Assembly (NCBI RefSeq): GCF_009914755.1
Contig: NC_060947.1
Direction: 5' to 3' (one strand)
DNA from: the human T2T-CHM13v2.0 reference genome, Homo sapiens
Length of the DNA: 64,000 bases
Position numbers and translations under genes: made by a program. Shown piece after piece: positions 29,200 to 45,574 of the stretch; the first letter of the stretch is position 1; every line of letters begins with the position of its first letter. The notes under the pieces were generated by a model. It did not search any database. It worked only from the letters and a program-made list of their open reading frames with translations, and was not told where the DNA came from.

Positions 29200-29528
29200 A
29201 TTTTATTTTTCTTTTTTTTCCTTTTTTTAAAAAAAATTGCTTTAAGTTCTGTGATAGAAGTGCAGAACGTGTAGGTTTGTTACATAAGTATACATCTGCC
29301 TTAATGGCTTGCTGAACCTGTCAACCCGCCATCTAGGTTTTAAGCTCCGCATGCATTACCTATTTGTCCTAATGCTCTCTTTCCCCTCACCCGCCATTCC
29401 CCGATTGGCCCCAGTGTATGTTGTTTCCCTCCTTGTGTCTATGTGTTCTTATTGTTCACCTTCCACTTATGAGTGAGAACATGCAGTGTTTGGTTTTCTG
29501 TTCCTGTGTTAGTTTGCTGAGGATGATG
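29200..29528 (-). mobile_element. L1PA (about PA8-10) 3' UTR fragment
   Basis: T-rich tail followed by ctttaagttct...gtttgctgaggatgatg. Decayed TSD beginning aaaacagc on both sides. Confidence 0.85.
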
Positions 29529-30265
29529 AAAACAGCTTTAAATTTTAAAACTCAAGGCCAACATCATACACAGTGTCAATGAATAAAAGCTTTTCTCCTA
29601 AGATCAGGAATGAGATAGATGCCCAGTATTTCCACTTGTGTTTAACATAGTATTGGAGGCTTTATTTAGAGCAATTAGAGAAGAAAAATAAATCAGTAGC
29701 ATTCAAATTGGAAAGAAACAATTACAATAATTGCATTTCACAGATGTCACGATTTTCATATATGCGTGGTGTCTGCTAGGATTCTCCACTGTAAACCATG
29801 GTTTATCTTTTTTGTAATTACTAAATGTCTTGGGAGACATACTTTGAAATTATACAAATATCTTCTTTCTGTTTAAACTTTTGCCCACTAAATACAGCAG
29901 TCACCAGTGTGTATTGCCTACAACAATTATTTCTATGATAGTTTAATGGTGTTATTTCTATTCCTCTAACTCTTTCTACATTTATTAAGTGAAATTATTC
30001 TGTAAGAAAGATTTATCTGTTCTCCCATTTGATTTTTCTTTGTGAAAGATGTAAGGTCTGTGTATAGATTTATTATATTAAATGGGATAATCCAGCACCA
30101 TTTGCTGAAAGACCACCCTTTCTCCACTGAATGGCCTTTGATTCTTTGTCAAAGACCACTTGCCCATGTTTGTGTGGGTCTATTTCTAGATTTCCTACTG
30201 TGTTCCATTTGCCTACTTGTGTAGTCCTTCAAAAATAGTACACTGTTTTGATTGTTGTAGCTTTA

Positions 30266-32574
<2,309 letters not shown>

Positions 32575-33742
32575 ACTACTGAAGCTTTAGAGTAACTCTT
32601 GATGTAAGGTAGAGTCAGTAATCTCACTTTGTTCATTTCCTGTAGCACTTGCAATAAAATACTTGTCTTCATTTCTGTGATTGATAATTTTTCTTTCTTT
32701 CTCTCTCTATCTTTCTCTCTGTCTTTACATCAGCTGTGTTTGGTTTCTATCAATTTTGTTAATCCTTACCTGTGACCCTATTTTGGCTTTGTTAATATTG
32801 TTTGCTTTCTATTTCATTGATATCCGCTATCATTTTTTATCCCCTTCCTTTCAAATTTTTTCGTCTAATTTTGTTTGTTTTAAAAGAGAGAATTATATCA
32901 TTGCTTTCCAGCATGTTTTTCTTTTATATGGTAAGCATTTAAATAAAACAATTTTCTGTTTACTCCTTTAGCTACATGTCACAAAGTTTGACATGTTAGA
33001 TTTCAAAGCAATTTAAATATCTTATAATTTCTCTTATTTTCTAATGAAGTTTTTGTAAACATTTTCCTCAATTTTTAAATATTATTGTTGGATTCCAATT
33101 TAATCTTTTTGTATAGATATAAAATAATATTTATATTCTCAATACTTTACAACTTATTTACATTTGTTTTATGACCTAGCATATGGCCTAGCTTAGTAAA
33201 TGTATCATGTGTACTTAGAATGTCTATTTTTCAGGTGTAGGTTATAGTTTTATATAAATGTCAGTAAGGTAGATTAGGTTAATATTACTGTTAAAATGCT
33301 CTGGATATTTACAGATGATATTTTGCTTTCTCAATTACTTTTGATTATTTCGTGGTTTTTATGTATTTCTATATCTAATTCTGACAATTTTGCTCCATGT
33401 AATTTGAAATTCAGATATTATATGAATAACCATTTAGGATTTTTATGTTTTCTTTATGAATTTATACTATTATTACAAAAAACTATTATTATCTAATAAT
33501 ACATTTAGTCTTGAAATCTTTTTCTTATGTAAATATAACTGTGCCTGTATTATTTCACTAAAGTATTGCATGGCATATTTTTTCACTATGTTAATTTTAT
33601 ACCTATTCATATTTTGCATTTAAAGTATATTTATTTAAAGTTGCATATAATGCTTTTTTATCTAGTTTGATTTTTTTTATTTTAATTGAAGTGTAGTGGG
33701 TTTATATTTAATGTAAATTATATAGTTATGTTTATCTCTTCC

Positions 33743-34294
33743 TGTATTAGTCAGGGTTCTCTAGAGGGATAGAAGTAATAGGATAGATGTACACATAAAG
33801 GGAAGTTTATTAAGGAGTATTGACTCACACAATCACAGAAGGAAGTCCTACAATAGGCCGTCTGCAAGTTGAGGAGCAAGGAAGCGAGTGGTGGATCAAT
33901 CCCAGTCCCAAAACCTCAAAAGTAGGGAAGCCGACAGTGCAGCCTTCAATCCATGGCCAAAGGCCTGAGAACCCTGGCAAACCAGTGGTGTAAGTCCAAG
34001 AGTCCAAAAGCTGAAGAACTTGGAGTTCAATGTTCAAGGGCAGAAAGCATCCAGCACGGGAGAAGAATAAAGGCCGGAAGACTCAGCAAGTCTGATCTTC
34101 CATCTTCCCTTGCTTGTTTTATTCTAGCCGCACTGGCAGCTGATTAGATGATGCCCACCGAGATTGAGGTTGGTCTGCCTCTCTCAGTTCACTGACCCAA
34201 ATGTTAATCCCCTTTGGTCACACCCTCACAGACACATCCAGGTACAATACTTTGCATCCTTCAATCCAGTAAAGTTGACAATGTTAACTATCAA
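33743..34294 (-). mobile_element. Solo MLT2A (HERV-L) LTR
   Basis: tgtattagtcagggttctctagaggga ... aagttgaca...ctatca. TSD cttcc at 33738-33742 and 34295-34299. Confidence 0.93.
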
Positions 34295-34418
34295 CTTCCC
34301 CCTTACTATTTTTAAAATATTCATCATATCTAATCTTTGTGCTTTTTATTTGTCTCTTATCTTCCTTTGTGCTGGGTATTTTTAGCATTCCATTTTCTCT
34401 CTTCTGTGGCCTTTTATT

Positions 34419-34936
<518 letters not shown>

Positions 34937-36329
34937 AGGTTCATTTAAATATTTTATCTTTATTTTTCATTATCAATAGTTTGTGATTGCCCAAGCTGTA
35001 GCTTTTTCTTCTTCTTTCTTTGTAGTCCTTCTTGATGTTCACTGACGTAGATTTCTGTATTGAAGTTTTTCATCTATTTTTGAAAAAAAAACTCAGCTTA
35101 AAAAAATATTTTCTGCTGTATTCTCTCTCTCCTCTCATTGGGACTTTAGTTACACATAAATTAGAATTCTTGACGTTGTCCCACGGGTCATTTATGTTAT
35201 TTTTTAAATGTTTTTTTTTTTTCTGTTCTTCAGGTTGGATGATTTCCATTGTCCTCTCTCCATTCAGTTATCCTTTCTTTTACAGTACACAATTTCCTGT
35301 TATGCTTTTTCAGTATATTTTTTGATTCCTGATACTAAATTTTTCAGTTCTAAGATTTTCAGTTGGTTCTTTCTTAAAGTTTTTATCCCTAAAATTCCGA
35401 TTTGTTTTCTCATTATATCTATCTCCTTTTTTGTAAATTATTTAGCATGTTTGTAATTGTTATTTCTCAACGAACTGTTTGATTATTCCAACATTTGGTC
35501 ACATATGAATATATTTGTATAGAGTATTTTTTTGACTTGGTTATGGGTCATATGTGCTTGTTTCTTTGAAAGACTAGCATTTTTTATTGTATCCTGAATA
35601 TTTGCAATAATGTGTTAAAGAAACTCTCGACTTTCTTTATTCCCAAGAAAAGTTGTGAGTTTGCATTTTACACAGAGTTAAATTATTAGGAAATTGCCTT
35701 CATCACATGCAGGCTTTAATTTACACTTTGTTTGGAAATGTGTATTTTGATTTTGTTCTCAGTCCTAGGGCATAATCTTTAGCCCTGTAATGTAATCTTT
35801 GCTTCTAAAGTGTATCCCTTCTGAAGTCTTAATGGAATTTTTAATGAAAATTATTTCAAGCACCTCTGCTTTCACCGGGCTTCAACTCTGAACTCTTACT
35901 GGCACCATATAGCTAGTTAAATTTCAGAGAACTTTTTTTTTTTTTTTTAGCTTTTCAGATGTAGCCTATGTCTACACTGTGGCTTGCCTTTTGATCTTTA
36001 ATTAAGATAATTTATTACCTTAATATCATCAAATTTATCAATCCTTTATGTTTAGTTATTTTTGTGTTATTTTCATATACATATTCATCTTTATATGTAT
36101 ATACATATGTCAGTACATATGTGTATATAAATTGAAAATATTACTCTATCTCAAAACCTAAAGATATTTTATCTTTTTGTCTTCTAGAATTTTCTTGTTT
36201 GCCTTTCTCATTTATATGTACAATCCATTTATTATTGAGTTTTGTCCACAGTTTGAGTATTGGAGGTCAAATTTTATATGTTCATATGTTTATCTCATTA
36301 AATAATACTTCAAATATTTAAAATATTTT

Positions 36330-37400
36330 CTCAGATTTGTTGATCCTTTGGATTTTTTTAAATTTTTCTATATCCTTCAGTACAGCTCTGATTTTCATTA
36401 TTTCTTGTCTTTGCTATTTTTTGGGAATTGTTTGCTTTTTGTTCTCTAGCTGTTTTAATTGTTATTTTAGGTTGTTAAATTGACATCTTTCTAACTTTTT
36501 GATGTGGGCATTTAGTGCTATAAATTTCCCTCTTAACACTCTCTTAGCTGTGTCCCAGATATTTTGGTACATCATATTTTTGTTCTTATTAGTTTTGAAC
36601 AACTTCTTGATTTCTGCCTTAATTTCATTATTTACCCAAAAGTCATTTAGGAGCAGCTTATTCAATTTTCTTGTAATTGTATGATTTTGAGTACATTTTT
36701 TACTCTTGATTTCTAATTTGATTGTGTTATGGTCTGAGACACTGTTTTTTATAGTTTCAGTTCTTTTGCATTTGCTGAGGAGTGCTTCATTTTAGATTTT
36801 GTGATTGATGTTAGGGTAAGTGCAAAGTGACAATGAGAAGAATATATATTCTGCTGTGTTTGAGTGGAGAGTTCTGTATATATCTATCCGTTCTATTTGA
36901 TCCAGGGCTCAGTTCAGGTCCTGAATATATTTGGTAATTTTCTGTCTCAATGATCTCTCTAATATTGTCAGTTCAGAGTTAACATCTCCCACTATTGTTG
37001 TGTGGGAGTCTAAGTCTCTTTGAGGGTATTTAAGAATTTGCTTTATGAATCTGGGCACTCCTGTGTTGGTTGCATATATATTTAGAATAGTTAGATCTTC
37101 TTGCTGAATTGACTCCTTTAACATTATGTAATGCTCTTCTTTGTCTTGTTTTTGTTTTTGTTGTTTTAAATTCTGTTTTGTCAGAAACCAGAATTGCAAC
37201 CCCTGCTTTTTGCTGTTTTCTATTTGCTTGCCAGATTTTTCTCCATCCTTTTATTTTGAGCCTATATGTGTCACTGCATGTGAGATGGATCTGTTGAATA
37301 CAGCATACAAATGGGTCTCAGTTCTTTATTTAGCTTCCACTCTGTGTCTTTTAATTGGGACATTTAGCCCATTTATATTTAAGGTTAGTATTGATATGTG
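36330..37400 (-). mobile_element. Old L1PA (about PA12-16) ORF2 endonuclease region, inverted segment
   Basis: ORFs 36909-37199 (QQEDLTILNIYA.NTG.PRFIKQ) and 36462-36665 ([18 protein letters not shown]) are ORF2p N-terminal sequence. Confidence 0.88.
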
Positions 37401-38488
37401 TCAGTGAATCCAGGAGCTGCTTTTTTGAAAAAGTTAATAAAATAGATAGATCACTAGCTAGAGTAATAAAGAAGAAAAGAGAGAAGATACAAATACACAA
37501 AATCAGAAACAACAAGGGGGATATTGCCACTGAGAAAACAGAAATACAAACAACCATCAGAGAATATTATGAACACCTCTATGCACATAAACTAGATAAT
37601 CTAGAAGAAATGAATAAATTTCTGGGCACATAACCCTCCCAAGACTGAACCAAAAAGAAATTGATTCCCTGAACAAACATATAATGAGTTCTGAAATTGA
37701 GGCAGTGATAAATAGCCTAGTAACCAAAAAGAGCCCAGGACCAGATGAATTCACAGCTTAATTCTACCAGATGTAGAGAGAAAAGCTGGCACCATTCCTA
37801 CTAAAAGTAGTCCAAATAACTCCTCCCTAACTCATTCTATGAGGCCAGCATCATTCTGATACCAAAACCTGGCACAGATACAGTAACAACAAAAAAACTT
37901 CAGGCCAATAACATTGATGAACATCAGTGCAAAAATCCTCAACAAAATATTGGCAAACCAAATTCAGCAGCACATCAAAAAGATAATCCACCACAATCAA
38001 GTAGGCTTTATCCCTGGGATGCAAGGTTGGGTCAACATATTCAAATCAATAAGTGTGATTCATCACATAAACAGAACTAAAGACAAAAACCACATGATTA
38101 TCTCAATAAATGCAGAAAAGTATTCTGTTAAAATTCAACATTCATTCAGGTTAAAAACTCTCAATAAACTAGGTATTAAAGGATCATACCTCAAAATAAT
38201 AAGAATCATATATGACAAAACCACAGCTAACATCATACTGAATGGGCAAAAGGTGGAAGCATTTCCCTTGAAAACTGGCACTAGACAAGAATGCCTTCTC
38301 TCACCACTCCTATTTAACGTAGTATTGGAAGTTCTAGCCAGGGCAGTTAAGCAAGAGAAAGACATAAAGAACATTTAAATGGGAAGAGAGAAAGTTAAAC
38401 TATTCCTGTTTGTAGATGCCATGATCCAATATCTAGAAAACCCCATAGTCTCAGCCCAAAAGCTTCTTAAGCTGATAAGCAACTTCAC
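37401..38488 (+). mobile_element. Same L1, forward ORF2 RT segment
   Basis: ORF 37914-38378 ([33 protein letters not shown]...GTRQEC.LSPLLFN) is L1 RT. Confidence 0.9.
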
Positions 38489-39967
38489 CAAGGACACCAA
38501 TTTAACAACTATATACGCAAAAAGGAAACCTTCACAAGAACCAAAAATCAGGTCAGCACTCATAGTACATGGTTTTAAATTTATATCACTGAATCGGGCA
38601 CTGAAGGGGTAGAAAAAACAGTCTCGAATCTAAGACACCACCCCTCCCAATCCCCCTGTAGCAGCAGCATGGTGTGGAGAGCCTTCCATGTGCTTGGAAG
38701 AGGGAGAGCTAGAAACTGTGAGGTATTAAACTCAGGGATTTCCTGTTATAGCATGGAAAAAAAAGAGACAAAAGAGCAGGGAGCATTTAAACCAGCCCTA
38801 GCCTGAGGTGAATCACTGCAGTGGTCAGAACTTAAGTTCCCAGAAACATTGCAAATGCAGGCTCCAGTTCTCAGGGGCTCTAGATACATGTGAAAGGCAG
38901 TCTTGGCAACAATAACTTCAACTCTTAGGTGGATTCTGGTGCTGAATTGGAACCAGACTGGGGAGCGGGGGGCATGTGACCTACAGCGACACCAGCACAG
39001 GTTGCAAAGGGAGTGTTGGCATCACCTCTCCTCTGAAGCCAGGCTGCACAGATCACAGCTCCAAAAGAGACCCCTTCCTTTTGCCTGAGGTGCGGGGAGG
39101 GAGGAGTGGAAAGGGCTTTGTCTAGCATTTTAGATACCAGCTCAGCCACAGTAGGATAGGGCACCAGTCAGAGTGGTGAGGGCCCATATCCAGGATCCCT
39201 GACTACCTTTCTAGTCATTCCCTGGACCAGAAGGAAACCCGCTGCCTTGAAGGGAAAAATAAATTCCTGGCAGGATTAATTACTTGCTAACTGAAGAGCC
39301 CTTGGGATTTGAACAACTAGCAACAATACCCAGGTATAAAGTTGAGGGCCTTGGGATATACTCTGAGACTTGCTGGCTTCAAGTAACAGCTTAGCCCCAG
39401 GTGGGTGCAGCGCACCAAGCAGACCCTTGGGGTCCCAAGTTCTAGAATTTGGCTTTTAGATGACATTTCTGGTCCTGTCCTGGGCCAGTGGGGGAGTGCA
39501 CTGCACTGAAGGGTGAGTCCCCAGCCAGGTAGTCTTCACCACAAGTTGACTGAAAATGCCTTAGGCCTTAAGGGCACAACAGTAATAGTCTGGAAGTATT
39601 GACTATGAGCCTGTTGTGGTATTGGTCACAGGGTGAGGCTCTTCTGCCACTGAAAAGGGGAGGGAAGAGTGGGCAAGATTTTATCTTGTGGTTTGAGTGG
39701 CAGCTCAGCTACAGTACAATAGAACATCAGGTAGACTACTATGCTTTTTGACTCCAGGCTCTGGCTCTCAATTGGCAACTGTGGACGCACCAAGGGCCTA
39801 GGGGACCCTGCCATCCTGTAGTGAAGGACACAGGCTTGGTTGTCTTTGACATTTGCTGATTATAGAGCCCCAGAGCTTTGAGCAAACATAGTCAGTAGCT
39901 GCAGAGTGATTACAGCAGGCCCTGGATGAGACCCAGTGATATGCTGTATTCAGGTCTGACCCAGCAG
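38489..39967 (+). mobile_element. L1MA/L1PB-type 5' UTR fragment
   Basis: ggacaccaatttaacaac...aagaaccaaaaatcagg, GC-richer with internal repeats (ctgccttgaaggga, cagctcagccacagta). Confidence 0.75.
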
Positions 39968-39969
39968 AT

Positions 39970-41680
39970 TTTTAAATTTTTTCAAAGAAACAACTTTTGG
40001 CTATCACTATTTCAACCTTTGGTTGATGATCTCTATTTTATATTTGTTTTCTATTTCAACTTTTTTTGTAATATATTATTTCATTATGATTTCCTTTGGT
40101 TTAATTTGTTGCTATTTTTAATTTTTGTGATAATATCTGAGTTGTTGTCAGTCTTTAAAATCTCTAAAATATAACTGAAAACTATATAGTTCACTTTAGG
40201 CAGGGATTTAGATAGATCCTGCATGTTTTATTCTGTAATATGTTCATTTGCATTTCGTCTAAAATATTTTCTAATACCTACTGTGATTTCTTCTTTGATT
40301 AAGGAGTTATTTTGAAATGTGATTTCCTTTTTTGACACAGGGGTTATTTTGAAATGAATTTCATAACTTTTACACCTATAAGAATTTCTGGATCTTGCTA
40401 TTTGATTTCCAGCTTAATTTCACAATAGACAATATGTTCTGTTGAAATTTGAAATTTGTTGATGCCCCAATGAATGTTAAATTTTGAAAAATATTTCAAG
40501 AATTTTTGAAAAGAAAACATATTCCGTAGTTGAGTAGTGTCCTACATATGACATTAATGTAGTTTCTTAATAATGTTCAAAACTTCCATATCCAATCTAA
40601 TTTTAAAAATAATTTGACTTTAAAATATAATTAGGTTATGATCTTCTACTCAAATTGTAGATTTTTCTATTTCTGATTTAGGTTCTGTGAACATTTTTTA
40701 ATAGGGTCATGTGTTACATACAGATATAGAATTGTTTTACCTTTCTTGTGAGTGATCTTGTTTGCAAAGTGGCTCCACCAGTTTGCATCGCCATCAGCAC
40801 TGTATGAAAGTTCTATTCACTGAACACACTTGTCAACATTTATTATTGTCAGTCTTCTCGATTTTAGCCATTCCAGGGTATGATTGTTGAAAGTGGATTT
40901 TAATTTTAATTTATGTAGTGACTAATGATATTGATCATATATTATAAGTTTATTACCTAACTGTTTATACTGAAAAAATAACAAAGGAAAAGAAATGAAG
41001 ATTCTTCAAAGTATAGTTCCTTTTTCTGTTAGCCTTTCCTTACTCATCAGTAATCTGAAAGTAGAGTGTTGGAATAACAGGGACGTATCAATCAGTATAA
41101 AAGATCTCTTATTTTATGCAATATTTCTACTGTTCTGGTAAGAAAAATATATATGTGTGTGTATATATACATACACTAGCTACAAAATATCAGTGATTCC
41201 ACATATAGTATAAACATTTTTATGTTTGCAGTTAAAACTGGCATTGGAAAATATACAGATTAATGATAAAAATCATTATTATAATTTAAAATTTTAATTT
41301 TTATAATTAGAAGCACAATTGTTCCTATTATATTTCACAAGTAATAAAATGTCTTTAAAGGATCTTTATATATTTATACTTTTAATGTCCTATTTCATTT
41401 GCTTTTTGATAAAGGATCTCACATTTCTATTTTCCACTTGAACTCACAATTATGTAACTGGCTTTGCATAGATGTATGTCCTTTATCAGATATGCTTTAC
41501 ACATATTTTCTCCCAGTCTGTGTCTTATCTCTTCAGTTTTAGCCATGTAGAACAAAAATTAAAATTTTTAATGAAAACCAGTTTATCATGTTTTTGTCTT
41601 TTTTGTTGTTTATGTTTTAGTATCCTGTCTACTAAATATTTGCCTAACCCAAAGTCACAAGAATATTCCCTTTAATTTTA
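39970..41680 (-). mobile_element. Decayed old L1M fragments
   Basis: tttcaaagaaacaactttt, tcctttatcagatat...ttttctcccagtctgtg. Confidence 0.55.
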
Positions 41681-41689
41681 TTTGAGAAT

Positions 41690-43671
41690 ATGGCACAATA
41701 TGGCCATGTAGAATGCTCCAGTGATTGTCCTCACCCTACAAAGACACCAAATTGAACAAATATCCACACACGTAAGCATCTTTATAAGGACCAAAAGTCA
41801 GGTGAGTGATCACAATACCTGGTTTTAACATCATATCAAGGAAAGAAGCACAGAAGAGGATAAAAAGACAATCTTGAATTGCGTACATCACACGTTCTCC
41901 ATCTCCCTATAGTGCCATGTGGTGTGGTGAGAGAGAATCTGTGTGCTTGGGGGAGGGAAAGCAAAGTGATTGTGGGACTTTTGCATTGGAGCTCAGTGCA
42001 GCCCTGTCAGAGCAGAAAGCAACACAGAGCAGAATTCAGCTATCACTCATCGATGGAGCATTTAGATGAACCAGAGGGGAATTATCCATCCCAACAGTGG
42101 GAATCTGAGTTCTGGCTAGTCCCATCACCATGGGCTAAAGAGCTGTGGGGTTCTAAATAAACGTGAAAGGAAGTCTAGACCACAAGGACTGAAACTCTGT
42201 GAAAATTCTGGTGCTGTGTTGGCCTCAGAGCCAGCATAATTGGGGTGCATGGAACCCAGTGAGATACTGGCTAGGAGAGCCAAGGGTGTACTTGCATTAC
42301 TCAAGCCCCAACTTCAGGCAGGTCAGCTTGAAACTCCAGAGAGACACCTGCTTGAGAAAAGGGCGGGCGGAGGGTCAGGGGGGAATAGAAAAGGCTTTCT
42401 TTGAAATTGGGAACCAAGTCACAGTAAAAGTTTTTAAAAAATAAAGCTAATTCCTAAAGTCTACGATTCCAGGCTCCAGATCTTGGACAGTATTTCTAGA
42501 AAGGACCTATGCCTGAAAGAAACTTGCTGCCCTGAAAGGAAAGACATAATCCTAACAGGATTCATCTCCTGGTGATTAAAGAGCCCTTAGGCCTTGAATA
42601 AACATCAGTGGTAGTCAGTTAGTAGTTGCCACAGCCTTGGGCAAGACCTAGTACTGTGCTGGCTTTGGTGTGACTCAGTGCATTCTCGGCTGTGGTGACC
42701 ATGAGGAGATACTTCTTTTGCTTGAGAAAAAAAAAAAAAAAAAAGAGCAAAGTGTAAAAAAGACCTTGTCTTGCAACTTGGCAACTTAGGCACAGTAAAA
42801 TGCAGCATGAAGCTGATTTATAAAGCCCTTAATTTCAGGCCCTAGCTCCTGTGCATCATTTTAGGACCCACTCTGGGCCTGAAGAGAACCTGCTTTCCTA
42901 AAGGAAAACACACAGTTCTGACAAGATCCACCATCTATTGCCTAAAGAGCCATTGAGCCTCAAATAACATCAGTGTTAGGCAACGCAGGCTGTGAACAAG
43001 GCCCAGTATTGTGCTGGCTTAAAGAGTGACCAAGCACCTACCCAGTGGTAGTAGTGACAGGAGTGTTTACATCACCCCACACCCAACTCCAGGCAGCTCA
43101 GCATGGAGAGAGATGGTCCATATGTTTGCAGAAGAGTAAGAAAAGACAACAGGAGTCTCTGCCTGGTAATCAGAATACTTCTCTGAGCTCTTAAACAAGA
43201 TAATAAGACAATTCCTCTGTGAGTCTTCAAGAGTCACTGTGATACCAGGCTTGGGGTGCTCCATAATGCAAATATGGCTAAAGTGACCAAAGACTTACAT
43301 CATAGCACCCTTAGAATACTTGTAAAGCTTTCTCAAGAATCATAAGTACAAAGAAGAGCAGACTGCAAAAATGAGAATAAATATCTGATTCTTCAATGCT
43401 CAGACATCATCAAACACTGACAAACAACAAGTCTATCCAATGAATTTAATAAAAGAATTGAAATAATTTCTAAAAATTAAATAGAAATTCTGGAGCTGAA
43501 AAATTAAATTGACAAACTGAAGAATGCATCAAAGTCTCTTAACATCAGAACTGACTAAACAGAAGAAAGATTTACTGAGCTTGCAGACAGGCTATTTGAA
43601 GATACAGTCAGAGGAGACAAAAGAAAGAGAATAAGAAAGAATGAAGCACACCTACAAGAGCTAGAGAATAG
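41690..43671 (+). mobile_element. L1MA-type 5' UTR plus ORF1 start
   Basis: Related to the 38489 5' UTR; ORF1 text gaaattctggagctgaaaaat...caggctatttgaa. Confidence 0.8.
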
Positions 43672-44908
43672 CTCCTTTGACTCCATGTCTCACATCCAGG
43701 TCACGCTGATGCAAGAGGTAGGTTCCCATGGTCTTGGGCAGCTCTGCCCCTGTGGCTTTGCAGGATATAGCCCCTCTCCTGGGTGCTTTCATGGGCTGGC
43801 ATTGAGTGTCTGTGGCTTTTCCAGGCTCACTGTGCAAGCTGTTGGTGGAGCTACCATTCTGGGGTCTGGAGGGCGGTGGCCTTCTTCTCACAGCTCCACT
43901 AGTTGGTGCCCTAGTAGGGACTCTGTGCAGGGGCTCTGACCCCACATTTCCCTTCTGCACTGCCTTAGCAGAGGTTATCCCTGCAGCAAACTTTTGCCTG
44001 AGCACCCAGACATTTCCCTACATCTTCTGAAATCTAGGTGGAGGTACCCAAACCTCAATTCTTGACTTCTGTGTACCTGCAGGCTCAACACCATGTGGAA
44101 GCTGCCAAGGCTTGGGGCTTTCACCCTCTGAAGTCACAGCCCGAGCTCTACATTGGCCCCTTTCAGCCATGGCTGGAGTGGCTGGGACACAGGGCACCAA
44201 GTCCCTAGGCTGCACACAGCACTGGGACTCTGCACCCACCCCATGAAACAATTTTTTGCTCCTAGGCCTCTGAGCCTTTGATGGGAGGGGCTGCCATGAA
44301 GGTATCTGACATGGCCTAGAGACCTTTTCCCTATTATCTTGGGGATTAACGTTAGGCTCCCTGCTGCTTATGTAAGTCTGCAGCTTTGCCTTGAATTTCT
44401 CCCCAGAAAATGTTATTTTCTTTTTTATTGCATAGTCAGGCTACAAATTTTCCAAACTTTTATGCTCTGCTTCCCTTATAAAACTGAATGCCTTTAACAG
44501 TACCCAAGTCACCTCTTGAATGCTTTGCTGCTTAGAAATTTCTTCCTCCAGATACCCTAAGTTATCTTTCGCAAGTTCAAAGTTCCACAGATCTCTAGGG
44601 CAGGGGCAAAATGCCACCAGTATCTTTGCTAAAACATAACAAAAGTCACCTTTACTCCAGTTCCCTACAAGTTCCTCATCTTCACCTTAGACCACATTAG
44701 CCTGGACCTTATTGTTCATATCGCTATCAGCATTTTGGACAAAGCTATTCAACAAGTCTCTAGGAAGTTCCAAACTTTCCCACATTTTCCTGTCTTCTTC
44801 TGAGCCCTCCAAACTGTTCCACCCTCTGCCTGTTACCCAGTTCCAAAGTTGCTTCCACATTTTGAGGTATCTTTTCAGCAGTGCCCCACTCTACTGGTAC
44901 CAATTTAC
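43672..44908 (-). mobile_element. THE1 internal sequence (3'-truncated)
   Basis: ctcctttgactccatgtctcacatccagg ... tggtaccaatttac, adjoining the LTR. Confidence 0.93.
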
Positions 44909-45260
44909 TGTATTGGTCTGTTTTCACACTGCTGATGAAGACATACCCAAAACTGGTAACAAAAAGAGGTTTAATTGAACTTACAGTTCCACATGGCTGG
45001 GGAGGCCTCAGAATCATGGCGGGAGGTGAAAGGCATTTCTTACGTTGGCGGCAAGAAAAAATGACAAAGAAGCAAAAGTGGAAACCTCTGATAAGCCCAT
45101 CAGATCTCATGAGACTTAATCACTGTCACAAGAATAGCACGGAAAAGACTGGCCCCCATGATTCAATTACCTCTGCCTGAGTCCCTCCCTCAACATGTGG
45201 GAATTCTGGGAGATACAATTCAAGTTGAGATTTGGATGGGGACACAACCAAGCCATATCA
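44909..45260 (-). mobile_element. THE1 (THE1C-like) 5' LTR
   Basis: tgtattggtctgttttcacactgctgat ... gggagatacaattcaagttgagatttgg ... ccatatca. Confidence 0.93.
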
Positions 45261-45565
45261 GATAATAAGAGGAAAGTTTAAACCTATAAGCGCCTACATA
45301 AAAAGTGGAAAAACTTCAAATAAATCATCTAATAATGCATTTTAAAGAACTAGAAAAGCAAGAGCAAACCAAAAATTCATAGAATGGAAATAATAAAGAT
45401 CAGAGCATAAGTAAATTAAATTGAAAGCAAAATAAAACATAATACAAAAGATCAAGCAAACATAAATTTGGGTTTTGAAAAGATTTAAAAAATTACATTT
45501 CTTTAGCCATGCTAACTAAGGAAATAAAAAAAGAAGACCCAAATAAATAAAATCGGAGATAAAAA
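45261..45565 (+). mobile_element. L1 ORF2 fragment
   Basis: aagaggaaagttta...aaagaactagaaaagcaagagcaaacc. Confidence 0.8.
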
Positions 45566-45574
45566 GAGAGAGAG

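Noticed and set aside
38489-43400. Tandem segmental duplication of L1 5' UTRs
   Set aside because: The copies are strongly diverged, differ in internal repeat structure and have unrelated flanks, so they are separate insertions.
43661-45180. Cluster of overlapping ORFs
   Set aside because: GC-richer THE1 internal and LTR sequence; only fragmented frames are present.
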